64,000 nt of DNA from Octopus bimaculoides (lineage: Eukaryota), in assembly GCF_001194135.2 (NCBI RefSeq), contig NC_069002.1, positions 33,888,732-33,952,731 of the forward strand. The letters run 5' to 3'. Below the pieces are notes generated by a model. That model did not search any database. It was not told the DNA's origin and saw only the letters and a program-made list of their open reading frames with translations. Below, one piece after another: positions 26,223-40,255 of this stretch; the first letter of the stretch is position 1, and every line of letters starts with the position of its first letter. The position numbers and the translations under genes were made by a program.

Positions 26223-27635
26223 ATTCTTCAACAAGAAAAACATCTTCGGATGATAACTGGTCCATCGCAGACTGACGATGTGTTACCTAGCCGAAACCTC
26301 GAAGTCACTTTCAATAACATTCTTTTATAAGGATAATAAATGTGTACTCTACACAAGTATAGATTAACCCATCAGATTAATGTAAAGTAGTTTTTATAGC
26401 TGAACATAGAGGCAGACATTCATTCATATACATATACAAACATATATATATACACATATATATGCATATATACGTATGTACGTGTCGTATATATATATAT
26501 GTGTATATATATTCTGGTCTGCTTCACATCTCTTACATGTCAAACTTCTCTATACAGAGAGCTCTTTGCTTACAGGTTTCCCTTATTACCTCTAACACAT
26601 TCCCTTTCTGTTTCACCTCCACCAACACCCATTTCTTTCAACGTCACTTCTTACACAGCACCATCGCTTCTTTTTTTTTTCTCTCTCTCTCTCACTATCA
26701 CTTAACTTGCACACATTACTTAAATATCCTACACGAAGTAACACCCACCGATAAAAAAAAAAAATATTTTAAAAAAACCCCAAAGATCCCACAAAATTGT
26801 TCTTTTCTCTTTCTCTCTCTCTTGTGAACATTACATTTACATGCAATTCTTATTATTGCATTCTCAGAATATGGTAATGTTAACTTCCTGGATTCCACAC
26901 ACGAAGCTACCATTTTATATATTTATTATTGTAGAGATTTTGTTCTTGCCATTACCACTGTTTTTCTCTCTTGTAGTTGTTACTATTGCTATAATTATTT
27001 CAATCCGTTTCTCTTCAGTAACAATTTAATTTTTTTTTTAGGCTGTTGCGTAATTTTGTTGATTTTTTTTTCTTTGGTGTTTCTTTTTTTTATTTTTTAC
27101 AGTACCTTTTATTCCAATTCTTAATTCATCCATCTTCCGCCTATAATGGTTTTATGGCACACATTTCCGAACGAGGAATTACCGTTTCTCACATAATAGA
27201 CCTCTCATATAATCAGGGTACGTACAAACGGAATTGTCATTGCGCAACTCCACACCCACGTAATATTGTTCGTTTTAAGTGGGTGCTGTTAACACACTTA
27301 TCATTATTAATAGTATTACAATAACAACAACATCAACTGCTACTACTACTATTATTACTACTGCTGCTGGTAGTAGAATGTAAGCTGGACTGACTCAATT
27401 ATTCATTGCAATTTCTGTCCAAAATCAACACAGGTGTTTTGCGGAACGGTATTCTACGAAAACGTAGTATCATTGTCCTCATAATCACCACCACCGACGC
27501 CGCCGCCATCATCATCATCTTCATCATCGCCTCACTATAAGCTTCGCCATCATCATAATGGTCATCCATTTTCATCAGGAGAGGATTTAAACGACGGCAA
27601 ACATTTATTTACAATGCATGTATCTACGTGTATAT

Positions 27636-27736
27636 TTATTTATCTATCTATCTATCTATCTAGCTGCCTATCTCTTAACCACCTTGTCGGTCTCTCTCTC
27701 TCTCTCTCTCTTTCTTTCTCTCTCTTTCTTTCTCTC

Positions 27737-27797
<61 letters not shown>
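27636..27797. repeat. (TCTA)n and (CT)n microsatellites ending at gap 27798-28209
   Basis: Visible repeat. Confidence 0.95.
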
Positions 27798-30169
27798 NNN
27801 NNNNNNNNNNNNNNNNNNNNNNNNNNNNNNNNNNNNNNNNNNNNNNNNNNNNNNNNNNNNNNNNNNNNNNNNNNNNNNNNNNNNNNNNNNNNNNNNNNNN
27901 NNNNNNNNNNNNNNNNNNNNNNNNNNNNNNNNNNNNNNNNNNNNNNNNNNNNNNNNNNNNNNNNNNNNNNNNNNNNNNNNNNNNNNNNNNNNNNNNNNNN
28001 NNNNNNNNNNNNNNNNNNNNNNNNNNNNNNNNNNNNNNNNNNNNNNNNNNNNNNNNNNNNNNNNNNNNNNNNNNNNNNNNNNNNNNNNNNNNNNNNNNNN
28101 NNNNNNNNNNNNNNNNNNNNNNNNNNNNNNNNNNNNNNNNNNNNNNNNNNNNNNNNNNNNNNNNNNNNNNNNNNNNNNNNNNNNNNNNNNNNNNNNNNNN
28201 NNNNNNNNNTATATATATATATATGGAAGCTTTGTGCCTAGAGTACAAAGATATACTACAAGCAAGTTAAGTTATAGCATATCACTACTTCGTTGTTTTT
28301 TTCTTCTCCTTTCTTGAAAATAGCGCTCGTTGTATATTGTCCTTCTATATCCGTCACGTTATAAACTCCTATCTCCCCTGTAACGAACTTCAAGTAACTT
28401 ACTACAGACCAGCTTTCTAGTTTCCTTCGTCCATGTTTTATTAGGACAGTGTATTATTAATATCTAGAGCAAGTTGTAGAAGGCTTTGCGTCTTGCTGTC
28501 TCAATGATAAAGGGAGTTTACTAGCATAATTATTACTTGTAGGTGCGTATGTGAATGTGCTTGCGTTTGTATGCGTGTGTGTCTGCGAGCATGCGTGTTT
28601 GTATTTGTGCGTGGGTGTATCTGTGTGTGCGTGTATATCTGTGTATGCGTGTATGTGTGTGTATATGTGTGTGGGTTTGTATGTGGACGTGTGTGTGTGT
28701 GTGTGCGTGTGTGTGTATGTGTGTGTGTTTGTGTGTGCATGTACACTTAGGTTATTCGGATTATTTCAGTCGTTGCGAGGAAACTATGACTCGTTCGATA
28801 CAAGCTTCCTCTAATTACAGTTGAAATCCCCAGAGTGTTCAAACGTATTTATTTTCAGAGAATGCGAAGAAAGAAAAGAAAACAAAGACGAAGAAAGAAA
28901 GATGAATTACCAAAATAAGACTTAGAACAAGAACAAGATTGTGAAGTAAACGAAACAGATATACAAGAAGAACGAGAAGACGAAGAAGATCAAGAAGAAA
29001 TAAAGGACGAGACAAAGAAAAGAACATGAAATAGAGAAGACGAGTATGACGTAATTACTGAGGGGTGTTAATTGGCCTATCCAATCAATTTATGAAGTAA
29101 ATTTTGATGGAACCTATATCTCATTCAATTTATAGAATTACAAATTGGGACATTAAATTTAATTACTATTTATACACAGGAGACAGGGAGAGAGAGGGGG
29201 GGGGTAAAGAAAAAGAGAGGGACACTATAGGCTCTTACGATATGTTACAGGAGTATCATTTTTGTGGTCATTATTAATAGCACTGAATATCGTGTCCGAT
29301 GTTTCACAACACTTAATACTGTAATAGCGCAGTACACCTGGCTGTAAAACGCTATCACACGCTAAATTTCTCAGCGATTATTTAACAAGGGGAGCACGCT
29401 GAAGTTGTCGAGACATTTGCAGAGCCAAGGTAGGGAAACGAGCACCAGTGTGGACACATCTGCTGGGAGTAATTAGTGGTAAATCCCATCCGAATCATAC
29501 CACACTCAGGTCAGACAGGAAATGCTATCCCAAGTGTAGAAAACAAAGAGTGGAGGGGAAACACACATGCTACTAGCTTGGTTGCGCTGTGGAAATCAGG
29601 ACTGCTCTGGGACTAGGTGACAGATCAAACATTAACATCTACAGCTGTGAGTCTGTAGATTTTACTTCACTGTTGTTCTGCATAATTCAGTGAACTCGCC
29701 ATTTAAAATCGTTAAGCACTAACCACGGTATTGAAAACTAAGCGTACTGTGTAGGCGGCTTAAACTCAAAACTTAAACTCATAACCACATTTAAGCAAAC
29801 GATGTATAGAGAGATAAATAGTTCCTGCTGTCACCGTAGTGGTCGAAGTGATAGTTTTTGATGTTGTTTGTTGACAGACCTATAAATTCTGACATTCCAA
29901 TCACATCACTTTCAGACGCTTTTAAGTACATACTATATCTAATACAATTTACTGATAATCAACGCGGAATCTGTCCCAACTTTATATATTTTTATTTCAA
30001 CAATGTTCCCTAACAACATCAGCGATAACCTCATCTTTCATGTAATCAACACAAGGCAGTTATAATATTTATATATACATACATAGATAAATAGGGAGAG
30101 AGAGAATGAGAGGGAGAAAGAGAGTGAGAGAGAGAGTGAGAGAGGACGGTGGATGGATGGATAGTTATA

Positions 30170-30356
30170 ACTTATATATGTGTGTGTGTATGTACATATA
30201 TATGTATGTGTATATATGTATGTGTATATATATATATGTGTATATATATATGTGTATATATATATATATGTGTATATATATATATATGTGTATATATGTA
30301 TGTGTATATATATATATATATGTATATATGTGTATATATATGTGTGTGTATATATA

Positions 30357-30428
<72 letters not shown>
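30170..30428. repeat. Imperfect (AT/GT)n microsatellite
   Basis: Visible repeat. Confidence 0.95.
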
Positions 30429-30429
<1 letters not shown>

Positions 30430-33175
30430 CAAATAGTACAGAGGTAGAGAAAGAGGGAAAGGTCTAAATTTAAATATAGTTTTGTAAACAAACCGTAAAT
30501 ATCTTAATTGAATTATAATAACGTAACTGGGAAGCAAAGGGTTTTCGCGACAGAAATTCTTTGATAAGAACTACGAAATTTTAATGAGTTTATTATCAGT
30601 GAAAAAGCAAAACAATCTAATGTTTGTAACACTTAGTCTTCTTTGGAGATAAAATTTTTGAAATATAATATGACAGTTATAGAAAGATTTGAATGGCTGG
30701 GTGGTTGGAACTATTTTTATTAAGAAAATTTAATTGCTCAGTGATCGTTATTCTGCATTAACGTTTATGTGGCGGATTGTTCCGCAGATACGTCTATCCA
30801 TACTGAAATGCTCACGTAGAATTTGCGTGACGATGTGTGCGCACGCGTGCGCGTGTATGCGTGCGTGGTTGTGCGTGTGTGCGTGCGTGGGTGTGTATGT
30901 CTTTATTTGTGTAGGGAGGGTGTGAATTCGAATTACAACTGCAGCCCTTTCGACCAACTTATCTCCAATTTCCCTATACCAAATCCAATGCACAAATATA
31001 CGGAGACCCAGGATGATTGCAAATAACATTTTCCGGGAGGTGAGATTGAACCAGTGACTATCCAGCCTTACGATGATCTCTCAAAGAGATATTTATTGGC
31101 TTATGCCATATCTTCTCGGAACATGGTGTTCAGCTATCTATCTACCTGTCTATATGCCTTTATGTCTGTCTGTCGGTCTCTCTTTTATATCTCTGCACAC
31201 ACATGTATACACAAACACACTTACACACGCACACACACAGACACACTCACACACATAGATATTCATACACACATACATATTCATACACACATACATATGT
31301 ATAAGTCTGTCATATCTGGTCTTTTAGGATGATTTTGTTTTAAATTCTTACTGGAAATTGATCTAATTTAATTTATTAATATACACGAACATTTATGAAT
31401 GAAACTGACGTCGAGCATTACTGATTTACTAGGATTTCAAACGAATTTCTCAACAAGTACCATCATCATACAGTCACACACACACACACAATCATAAAGA
31501 CAGGCAACTATATTGGACAACCTCCTCATCGAAAACCAGTCGTACATTATCGTACCGCCATCACCACCTCAACTACCAAAACCTCAGCATTTATCAATGA
31601 CATATTTTCTCCATTATCGCCATCACATGACACAACTCTATGAATGAATATATTTAGATATCAGGTTCCAGTTGTCTGGTAAATTAAGGTCCCCCCCCAT
31701 TACCATACCCTTAAGTGACCGAATATTACGTGGACACAGTTATCCATAAAAAAGAATGTGAAAGGATGCACATTTGACATTACGGGACATTTTTTTTGTG
31801 ACAGCCTTTCATATACTTTTAAACAGATTTTCTAAAATTGAGGTAAATCCAAATACTATACAAATTCACATTTGCTCAAGAACCATCGTCGTCCTCGGGG
31901 AGAACACGAGAAAGTATTCTATGACCATACATGGTATTTCGACGAACCTACATGTGCAAAATTCAATGTAAGACCTATATTTGTTCAGTCATACGTTTGT
32001 TGTATCATATAGTCCATGTGAATCTATATAATCTACGAAAACCCTATGTGAAATAATTTCCATTCTCTATTAAACAATATTGGGTTTATCTTCAATACAC
32101 TAAACTTACACTCTGTTCTGAACATAAAGCAAAGCATTAAGAGACAAGCCATCCGTCCACATATATGTATGTTTATAGGTGTGTTTATACACGTATAAAA
32201 ACAAACACTCACACATACACATACGCATACACACGCACGCATGCCTGAATCACACATATATATACATGCATCTGTTATAAATAGTTAGCAAAGCAACAGA
32301 GTAACGCAGAAATACGTGCACTCACATGTGGCCGAAGTTCATTATAGTATACAGGGTATATGTTTGACCCCATCAGACAACTAATCGTAAACAGTCCAGA
32401 TAGTAATGTGTGCGCTTCGAATTCTGAATAAAACATTTTATACGAAAAGAAGAAAAATCTTAAAGTTTAAGATTTGTTTCGCGGTAGAAGTTTCTTTCGG
32501 CCCACTAACTACATCTCACTTAAATATGTAGTCAGCATATGCGTATAAAATCCAATCAGTGACCAAATATCGATTAGAAAGACGGACATTATATAAAACA
32601 GAGCCTAAGTTATCGGTAACATTCTATACGATGTTCAGAGGTTAAGACAAATGACACTGTTCACCTATATTTTCCACGGAGATATTATAGCATTGAAAGT
32701 AAAGAGGGTATTGAATCTCTGATTAATAATATTGCCAGGGTAAAACGGCACAAACAAAAATCCATACATCCAGTCTTCATCGATGCAAGAGTACTTTTGA
32801 TAATTAAGAGTTATAAATACTTATTACAAATGTCTAGACGTAATATGATTAATTGATATTAATAAATTAATTACGGTACACAAAACTCTCGTGTTTTTAT
32901 GTTTCAATACACATATTCATGTGTTTGCGTGCGCGCTGTGTGTAAGTGTGTGTGTAACTGTCTGTGAGAATCATATCCATATGTATGTGTGTGCGTGAGT
33001 ATGTGTGTGTGTGTGTATATATATATGTATATATATATATATATTTACACACACACACACAAATATACATATATATATGTGTGTGTGTGTGTATGTGTGT
33101 GTGTATATAAATATATATATATATAGATATGCACATATATTTATATGCATATACATACATGTATCTGTTCATTCT

Positions 33176-33235
<60 letters not shown>

Positions 33236-33599
33236 AATCTGTGTGTATGTGGGTGTGTCTGCCTGCGCGTCCGTGTGTGCCTGTGCGTGTGTGTATTTCT
33301 AACACTTTATTTAGTGACCTTCGACACGAGGAAAACCGGAAAGGGTCACAAACTAAAAAAAAGGTCAACTTTGGCAACAGGAATGTTTGTGTCAGATGCT
33401 CTGTCAATGAACCATGATCATATTGATCGCCAATATCAAAGAGAATATTGCCAATATCATTCGCTAATGACTTTGTCACACATTCTCTCCTAACTAGGCA
33501 TTCTGATAGTGTGGAAATGTGCGAAACCTTACGGGTAATGGTGATGACACGATCGTTAAAAGTCTCTTAAGGCACTCTGTGAGTATCAAGAATTTTATG

Positions 33600-34260
33600 G
33601 TTATTAACGCAACCATAGCGCACATTATTGCTGTTCTTGTTGCTACAGCTGCTGTTGAGGTTGTTGTTGCTGGTGTTGTTGTGTTTGATATTATTAGACT
33701 CCTTGTTGTTGTAGCTGTTGCTGCTAATATTAGTGTTGTTGCTGGTGTTGTTGTTGTTGTTCTTGATCGTCGTTATTGTTATTGTGAACGGTGTTAGAGT
33801 TGGGCTTCGTTGATGTTGATGTTGTTGCACGTGCTGTACGTCTAATAGATGTTGTTTTTGTTGTTGTTGTTGTTGTTGTTGTTCATGGAATTGTTTATCT
33901 AATACTTGTAATAAATATAATGAGGATACTTGCTTCGGCAGCTCGGTTGCCATAAATATAAAGGTGGTGGTGGTTGTGGTGGTGACGGTGGGGCTATGGT
34001 GGTCGCGGTGTTCGATCTGGTGGTGGCGATGGAGATGATGATGATGATGATGATGATGATAATGATAATGACGACGAGGGCGACGATAATTATGACGAAC
34101 ATGATGCTGATTATGATGACGATGATTAAGCTGATGATGCGGTAACGAGGCTGATGATGATCATGATGATCATGATGATGACGGCGACGTCGATGAACAT
34201 GACAGTTATGACGTTGATGATGACGAAATGGGGATTGCGATGACAATAATACCAAGGATG
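33600..34260. repeat. Cryptic triplet repeats, GTT/GGT/GAT-rich
   Basis: gttgttgtt, ggtggtggt and gatgatgat tracts. Confidence 0.9.
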
Positions 34261-34797
34261 ATTATATAAACGGAGTTGCAATTGTTATTATATAGCTGCC
34301 TTTGATAATGATTTGTTATTCCGGAATTAATTGCCGTCCTCGCCATNNNNNNNNNNNNNNNNNNNNNNNNNNNNNNNNNNNNNNNNNNNNNNNNNNNNNN
34401 NNNNNNNNNNNNNNNNNNNNNNNNNNNNNNNNNNNNNNNNNNNNNNNNNNNNNNNNNNNNNNNNNNNNNNNNNNNNNNNNNNNNNNNNNNNNNNNNNNNN
34501 NNNNNNNNNNNNNNNNNNNNNNNNNNNNNNNNNNNNNNNNNNNNNNNNNNNNNNNNNNNNNNNNNNNNNNNNNNNNNNNNNNNNNNNNNNNNNNNNNNNN
34601 NNNNNNNNNNNNNNNNNNNNNNNNNNNNNNNNNNNNNNNNNNNNNNNNNNNNNNNNNNNNNNNNNNNNNNNNNNNNNNNNNNNNNNNNNNNNNNNNNNNN
34701 NNNNNNNNNNNNNNNNNNNNNNNNNNNNNNNNNNNNNNNNNNNNNNNNNNNNNNNNNNNNNNNNNNNNNNNNNNNNNNNNNNNNNNNNNNNNNNNNN

Positions 34798-34844
<47 letters not shown>

Positions 34845-34948
34845 TATATATATGTTGATAGATAAATTCCATGGATGTATTAAATGGATGATATTATTTT
34901 TAACTAAGAGACTAGAAACGTATTGAATTGTTCAACTGATTCAGTTCT

Positions 34949-35320
34949 GTGGCTGGGTGGTAAGTAGCTTGCTCCCAACCAAATGTTTCCTGGTTCAGTC
35001 CCACCGCGTGGCTCCTTAGTCAAGTGTCTTCTGCTGTAGACTCGGGCCGACCAAAGCCTTGTGAATGGATTTGGTAGACGGAAACTGAACGATGCCTGTG
35101 GTATATGAGGATATTATATGTTTGTATGTCTGTGTTTGCCCTCCTCACCATCGCTTGACAACCAATGTTGGTGTGCTTACGTCAACGTAACTTAGCAGTT
35201 CGGCAAAAGTTACCGATAGTATAAGTACTAGGCTTACAAAAAATATGTCCTGGGGTCGATTTTTTTTTTACTAAAAGGCAGTGCTCCAGCATGTTCGCAG
35301 CCAAAATGACTGAAACAAGT
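34949..35320 (+). mobile_element. SINE family C, full length
   Basis: Head gtggctgggtggtaagtagcttgc...ggttcagtcccaccgcgtgg; body ctggggtcgat; tail gtgctccagcatgttcgcagccaaaatgactgaaacaagt. Confidence 0.88.
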
Positions 35321-35559
35321 ATTTATTAGTTTCCTCATATTTATAAATGGTTCCGTTCCTCCCACTATTGTGATGACCAATTTTCTCTCATTAATAATAC
35401 TGTCATCACTTTTGATGACACGGGTATGACTTTATTCATAATGCCATGGCATTATTAATTATCGTTATATAAATTCTTGTACACTGACTTTTATTTATTA
35501 TTAACAGCTGATGGCAAAAAGTGTAGATTTAAAATATTTGAAACATGTGATTAAGCTGA

Positions 35560-36212
35560 GTGAATGCAACAACTCGACCTAGAACATCGGCAAGACACCC
35601 ATGACCAACACCACCGACACGAGCATCACCACAACAACCAACACCATCACCAACATCAACTTGACCACCAACATCAACACCACCATCAACACCACCATCA
35701 ACATCATCCTGATCATCACCATCACCACCACCAACAACAACAACAGCAACAACACCACCATCACCACCATCACCATCATCATCATCATCACAATCTCAAC
35801 ATCCTCATTAACGTCACCCTCGTCATCGTTGTCATGGATCGTGAGTTAAGCTGTTAGAGCTAAACACAAGCACACACATATAAATACACGTATATATTAG
35901 AGAACTTATGCTCACACACACACACACACACTATTCCACACACGCTGTATCCGCCAACCAATTAAAGTTAGAGATCTCAATAATGAATGCATTATTTCTA
36001 ATCCAAAATACAAATTTGCCACGTCATCACAATTATGATAAGAATGATAATCTACCCCACCACCGCCACCACTACAAACAAAAATCTACAACAACAAAAA
36101 CAACACAGCATCTTAAAACTATTTTCGACCACTTGCATAACAAGCGTCGCCATCACGTCAGCTTAACCTCAACCAACACAAGATAAACACCGCCACCATC
36201 ACATCAACCACC

Positions 36213-36243
<31 letters not shown>

Positions 36244-36317
36244 CCACTACCACCACCATTAATACCAACACCAACACGACCACAACAACAACAATGACAC
36301 CACCAAAACTACCACCA

Positions 36318-36350
<33 letters not shown>

Positions 36351-37140
36351 CTTCCAAAACTACCACCACAACCTCCACCAACAACAGCAACAACAATACC
36401 TCAACCACAAACCATCGCCACCACCACGACACACCTAAATCCTCACGACCACCACGACAATCACCGCCACTACAACCACTACTACCATCTCCAAACCCAC
36501 AACCATCACCACCACTACAACCATCAACACCACCACTACAACCATCACCACCACTACAACCAACACAGCACTATAACCATCAGCACCACCACCGCAACCG
36601 TCCCTATAGCCATTACCACATATATCGCTTCTGCTACAATTACCATCACGACCGTCATCATCACTGCCACCAGAACTACCAACAACACCATCACCATTAT
36701 TATCACCACCACCACCACCACCACCACCCATGTATCATAAACAATCCTCTCACGACCACCACTAATCAATCCGCTAAACCTACATCGTGTTTCTGACAAG
36801 CCTTCATATTCATATTTCCTTTTACTTCCGCAAGACCTCCCGCCTCCTCCTCCACCTCATCATCATCATCATCATCATCGTCGTTATCATCATCATCATC
36901 GTCACCATCATTAACGTGATCACTATCATCATCATCATCGTCGTCGTTATCATCATCATCATCGTCACCATCATTAACGTGATCACTATCATCATCATCG
37001 TCATCATCATCACCATCATTATTATCGTCGTCATCATTATCATCATCATCATCATCATCATCATCGCCATCATCAACTTCATCCGCATCCCTTTCTACCT
37101 TATTCTTGTCCTCGTCCTCCTCATTCTCCTCCAAACTTCC
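35560..37140. repeat. Cryptic triplet repeats, CAA/CAC/CAT-rich, with an internal 63-bp tandem duplication
   Basis: Long acc/aac/atc tracts; gtcaccatcattaacgtgatcactatc occurs at 36901 and 36964. Confidence 0.9.
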
Positions 37141-37329
37141 AGTCTCCTAACAGTCAATGCCTTCATTCTCAACTTCCTCCTCTGCTTGCACTCCTCTGCT
37201 TGCACTCCTAACNNNNNNNNNNTCTGCGTCCACCTCCTCTTCTACAGCATCCCAACCTTCCTCTACATTTTGGGTACACACATTTCGCCATGCTTTCGTT
37301 TTGTTTATTTTTTTCTTGCTTCTTTGTCA

Positions 37330-37700
37330 CGTGTGATATTAATGATACCGATTTGTTGTTGCTATTGTTGTTATTGCTGCTGCGGATGCTGCTGCTGCTG
37401 CTGTTACTGTTACTGTTCTTCATGCTATGTTTTATTTCCTCCATTTTATTCTTCTGGTTTTTTGGCTGTTGTTTCTATAACTAGGGTTGTTGACATAGAC
37501 GTTGTTGCTTTTCTACTTTTGTACTTTTCTTACCGCTCTTATTGTCTTTCCTGTTATTATTATCATTATTATTATCATTATTATTATTATTATTATTATT
37601 GATATCATTGGTGCTGTTGTTTGTTTATATTACCGTTATTCTTGTCATTATCGTTATAATTCTGATTGTTGTTGTTGTTATATTTCTTGCTGATGTTGTT
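37330..37700. repeat. Cryptic triplet repeats, GTT/GCT/ATT-rich
   Basis: Visible tracts. Confidence 0.88.
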
Positions 37701-38034
37701 TATTTCCTGCTTGTTTATGTTTTATCGTCAGCCAAACTAATTAGTCGCGTTAATGGAACGTTGCTGGTTTATATGAAGCAATCTTTTCAACAGATAGGTA
37801 AGGAGTGAAGGAAGGAGGGACAGAGAAGGGAGGGCGAGAGAGAGAGAGAGGGAAAGAGAGAGAGAGGGAAAGAGAAAAAGATAGAAAGAGGGTGAGAGGA
37901 AAAAAAAATTATGAACACAATACTTTTAAACCATTCGATTCGGTAATGAATAGCAAATAGTTAAAATACACACACACACACACACACACATATGTGTGTA
38001 TGCGTGTGCGTGTGTGTGTGTGTATATATATAGG

Positions 38035-38097
<63 letters not shown>

Positions 38098-39878
38098 CAT
38101 TCATATACATACACAAACATATATATGCGTGTGCGTGTGTGTTCCCATATGTGAGTGGTGGTGTGTGTCTGCATATCGATAATGATTGAAAGTACTTATG
38201 GTATTGATAGTTCCATGTTTAATGTTGTTAGTATGGACGTGTGTGTGTGTATGTGTGTGCAAGTGAGTGCATCCGAGTGTGTTCGGCGCGATGTTTTAGT
38301 CGATATTACACACATGTGAGATGGTGGCGTCATCGGTTTTTTGAAAGCGGTGCTAATGAAACAAACGCTGTTTGCAGACCAGCAGACGGCGGCTACGTCG
38401 ATTGCGTTGGCAACGGCGGTGGTATTAATTGTAGGTGGCGGGAAATCGAAGCGTGCGGGGAAAGGGAAGAAAAACAATGAGAGAAAAAGAAAATGGTATT
38501 ATGTGATGCACTCAAATAACAAACATTTGTTGATGTTAAACAAATATTAATACTTGTTTCTCGCCATGGTGCCTGTATATGTCAACGTCTATCAATGCGT
38601 GAATTAATTCGTGTCTCATACACTCAGTCACACATTCACACATACGTACGCATATATATATATATATANNNNNNNNNNNNNNNNNNNNNNNNNNNNNNNN
38701 NNNNNNNNNNNNNNNNNNNNNNNNNNNNNNNNNNNNNNNNNNNNNNNNNNNNNNNNNNNNNNNNNNNNNNNNNNNNNNNNNNNNNNNNNNNNNNNNNNNN
38801 NNNNNNNNNNNNNNNNNNNNNNNNNNNNNNNNNNNNNNNNNNNNNNNNNNNNNNNNNNNNNNNNNNNNNNNNNNNNNNNNNNNNNNNNNNNNNNNNNNNN
38901 NNNNNNNNNNNNNNNNNNNNNNNNNNNNNNNNNNNNNNNNNNNNNNNNNNNNNNNNNNNNNNNNNNNNNNNNNNNNNNNNNNNNNNNNNNNNNNNNNNNN
39001 NNNNNNNNNNNNNNNNNNNNNNNNNNNNNNNNNNNNNNNNNNNNNNNNNNNNNNNNNNNNNNNNNNNNNNNNNNNNNNNNNNNNNNNNNNNNNNNNNNNN
39101 NNNNNNNNNNNNNNNNNNNNNNNNNNNNNNNNNNNNNNNNNNNNNNNNNNNNNNNNNNNNNNNNNNNNNNNNNNNNNNNNNNNNNNNNNNNNNNNNNNNN
39201 NNNNNNNNNNNNNNNNNNNNNNNNNNNNNNNNNNNNNNNNNNNNNNNNNNNNNNNNNNNNNNNNNNNNNNNTATATATATATATATATATATATATCGCA
39301 TGTGTGCACGTAACGCGCACACACAGTCATAATTACTAACTCACACAAATTTCCGCACGCACGCTCACGCCCACGCAGGCACTCACACACACACCAACAC
39401 ACACATACACACGCACATGCACAAACCTACATACTCAGCTCTATGAACGCATGGGATTTAATACATTAACAATTACGCCAGTGCTATGTCATTAACTTTT
39501 TAATTATTATTTTTTTTTTTTTGTATCTATCTAATTCATGTAGTATTAATATTTTTTCTTTCCGAAAACACAGAAAGAAATTTAGTGAATATTGAGTCAT
39601 GACATTTTCTTTCCAGTATATTTTTAGTAAATAATTGTTTCAATACACCCAAGCTGCATTAAACACTTAGGTGCAATAATTGATTTATGGAAGTACACAC
39701 ACACAAGCAAGTACACAGCCACAGACGTATATATACGTGAATATATGTGTACAGGACATCAAAAAACGTAGACAAAAATAAGAAACGAGAACGTAAAAAA
39801 TAAAAACATAGAAAACGAACTTTATTTCGAACAACGAGATAAGCAAACAATCAGAAAAATGAGACAGGCAACATAAAG

Positions 39879-40015
39879 TTTTGAGTTCAAAATCCTGCCG
39901 AGTCGACTTTGCCGGTCATCCTTTCGGGATCGATAATATAAGTACCGTTTGAACGCTGGCGTCGACATGATCGACTTAAGTCCTTTCCCAAAATTACTGG
40001 CCTTCTACAAAAATG
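39879..40015 (+). mobile_element. SINE family B, 5'-truncated; upstream member of a tandem pair
   Basis: gagttcaaaatcctgccgagtcgactttgcc...atcctttcgggatcgataatataagtacc. Confidence 0.8.
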
Positions 40016-40041
40016 TTTACCAATATTTTAGAAATAGTCGA

Positions 40042-40255
40042 GGCGGTGAGTTGGCAGAATAGTTAGCGCGCCGGGCACAAATACTTAGCGGCATTTCGTC
40101 GATTTTCACGTTCTAAGTTCTAGTTCCACCGAGGTCGACTTTTCCTTTTATCATTCCGAATTAAAAAAATGGAGTACCAGTTAAGCACTGGGGTCGATGT
40201 AATCAGCTCTCTGCCTCCCTGGAATTTACTGATCTTGTGACAAAATTTGTAATCA
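40042..40255 (+). mobile_element. SINE family B, full length
   Basis: GGCGGTGAGTTGGCAGAATAGTTAGCGCGCCGGG...gaggtcgacttt...gtaccagttaagcactggggtcgat. Confidence 0.87.

Noticed and set aside
33519-37808. Long poly-T/H/I/D/M ORFs, including the 271-aa ORF at 36787-37602
   Set aside because: Cryptic triplet repeats keep several frames open on both strands; there is no domain and one ORF crosses a gap.
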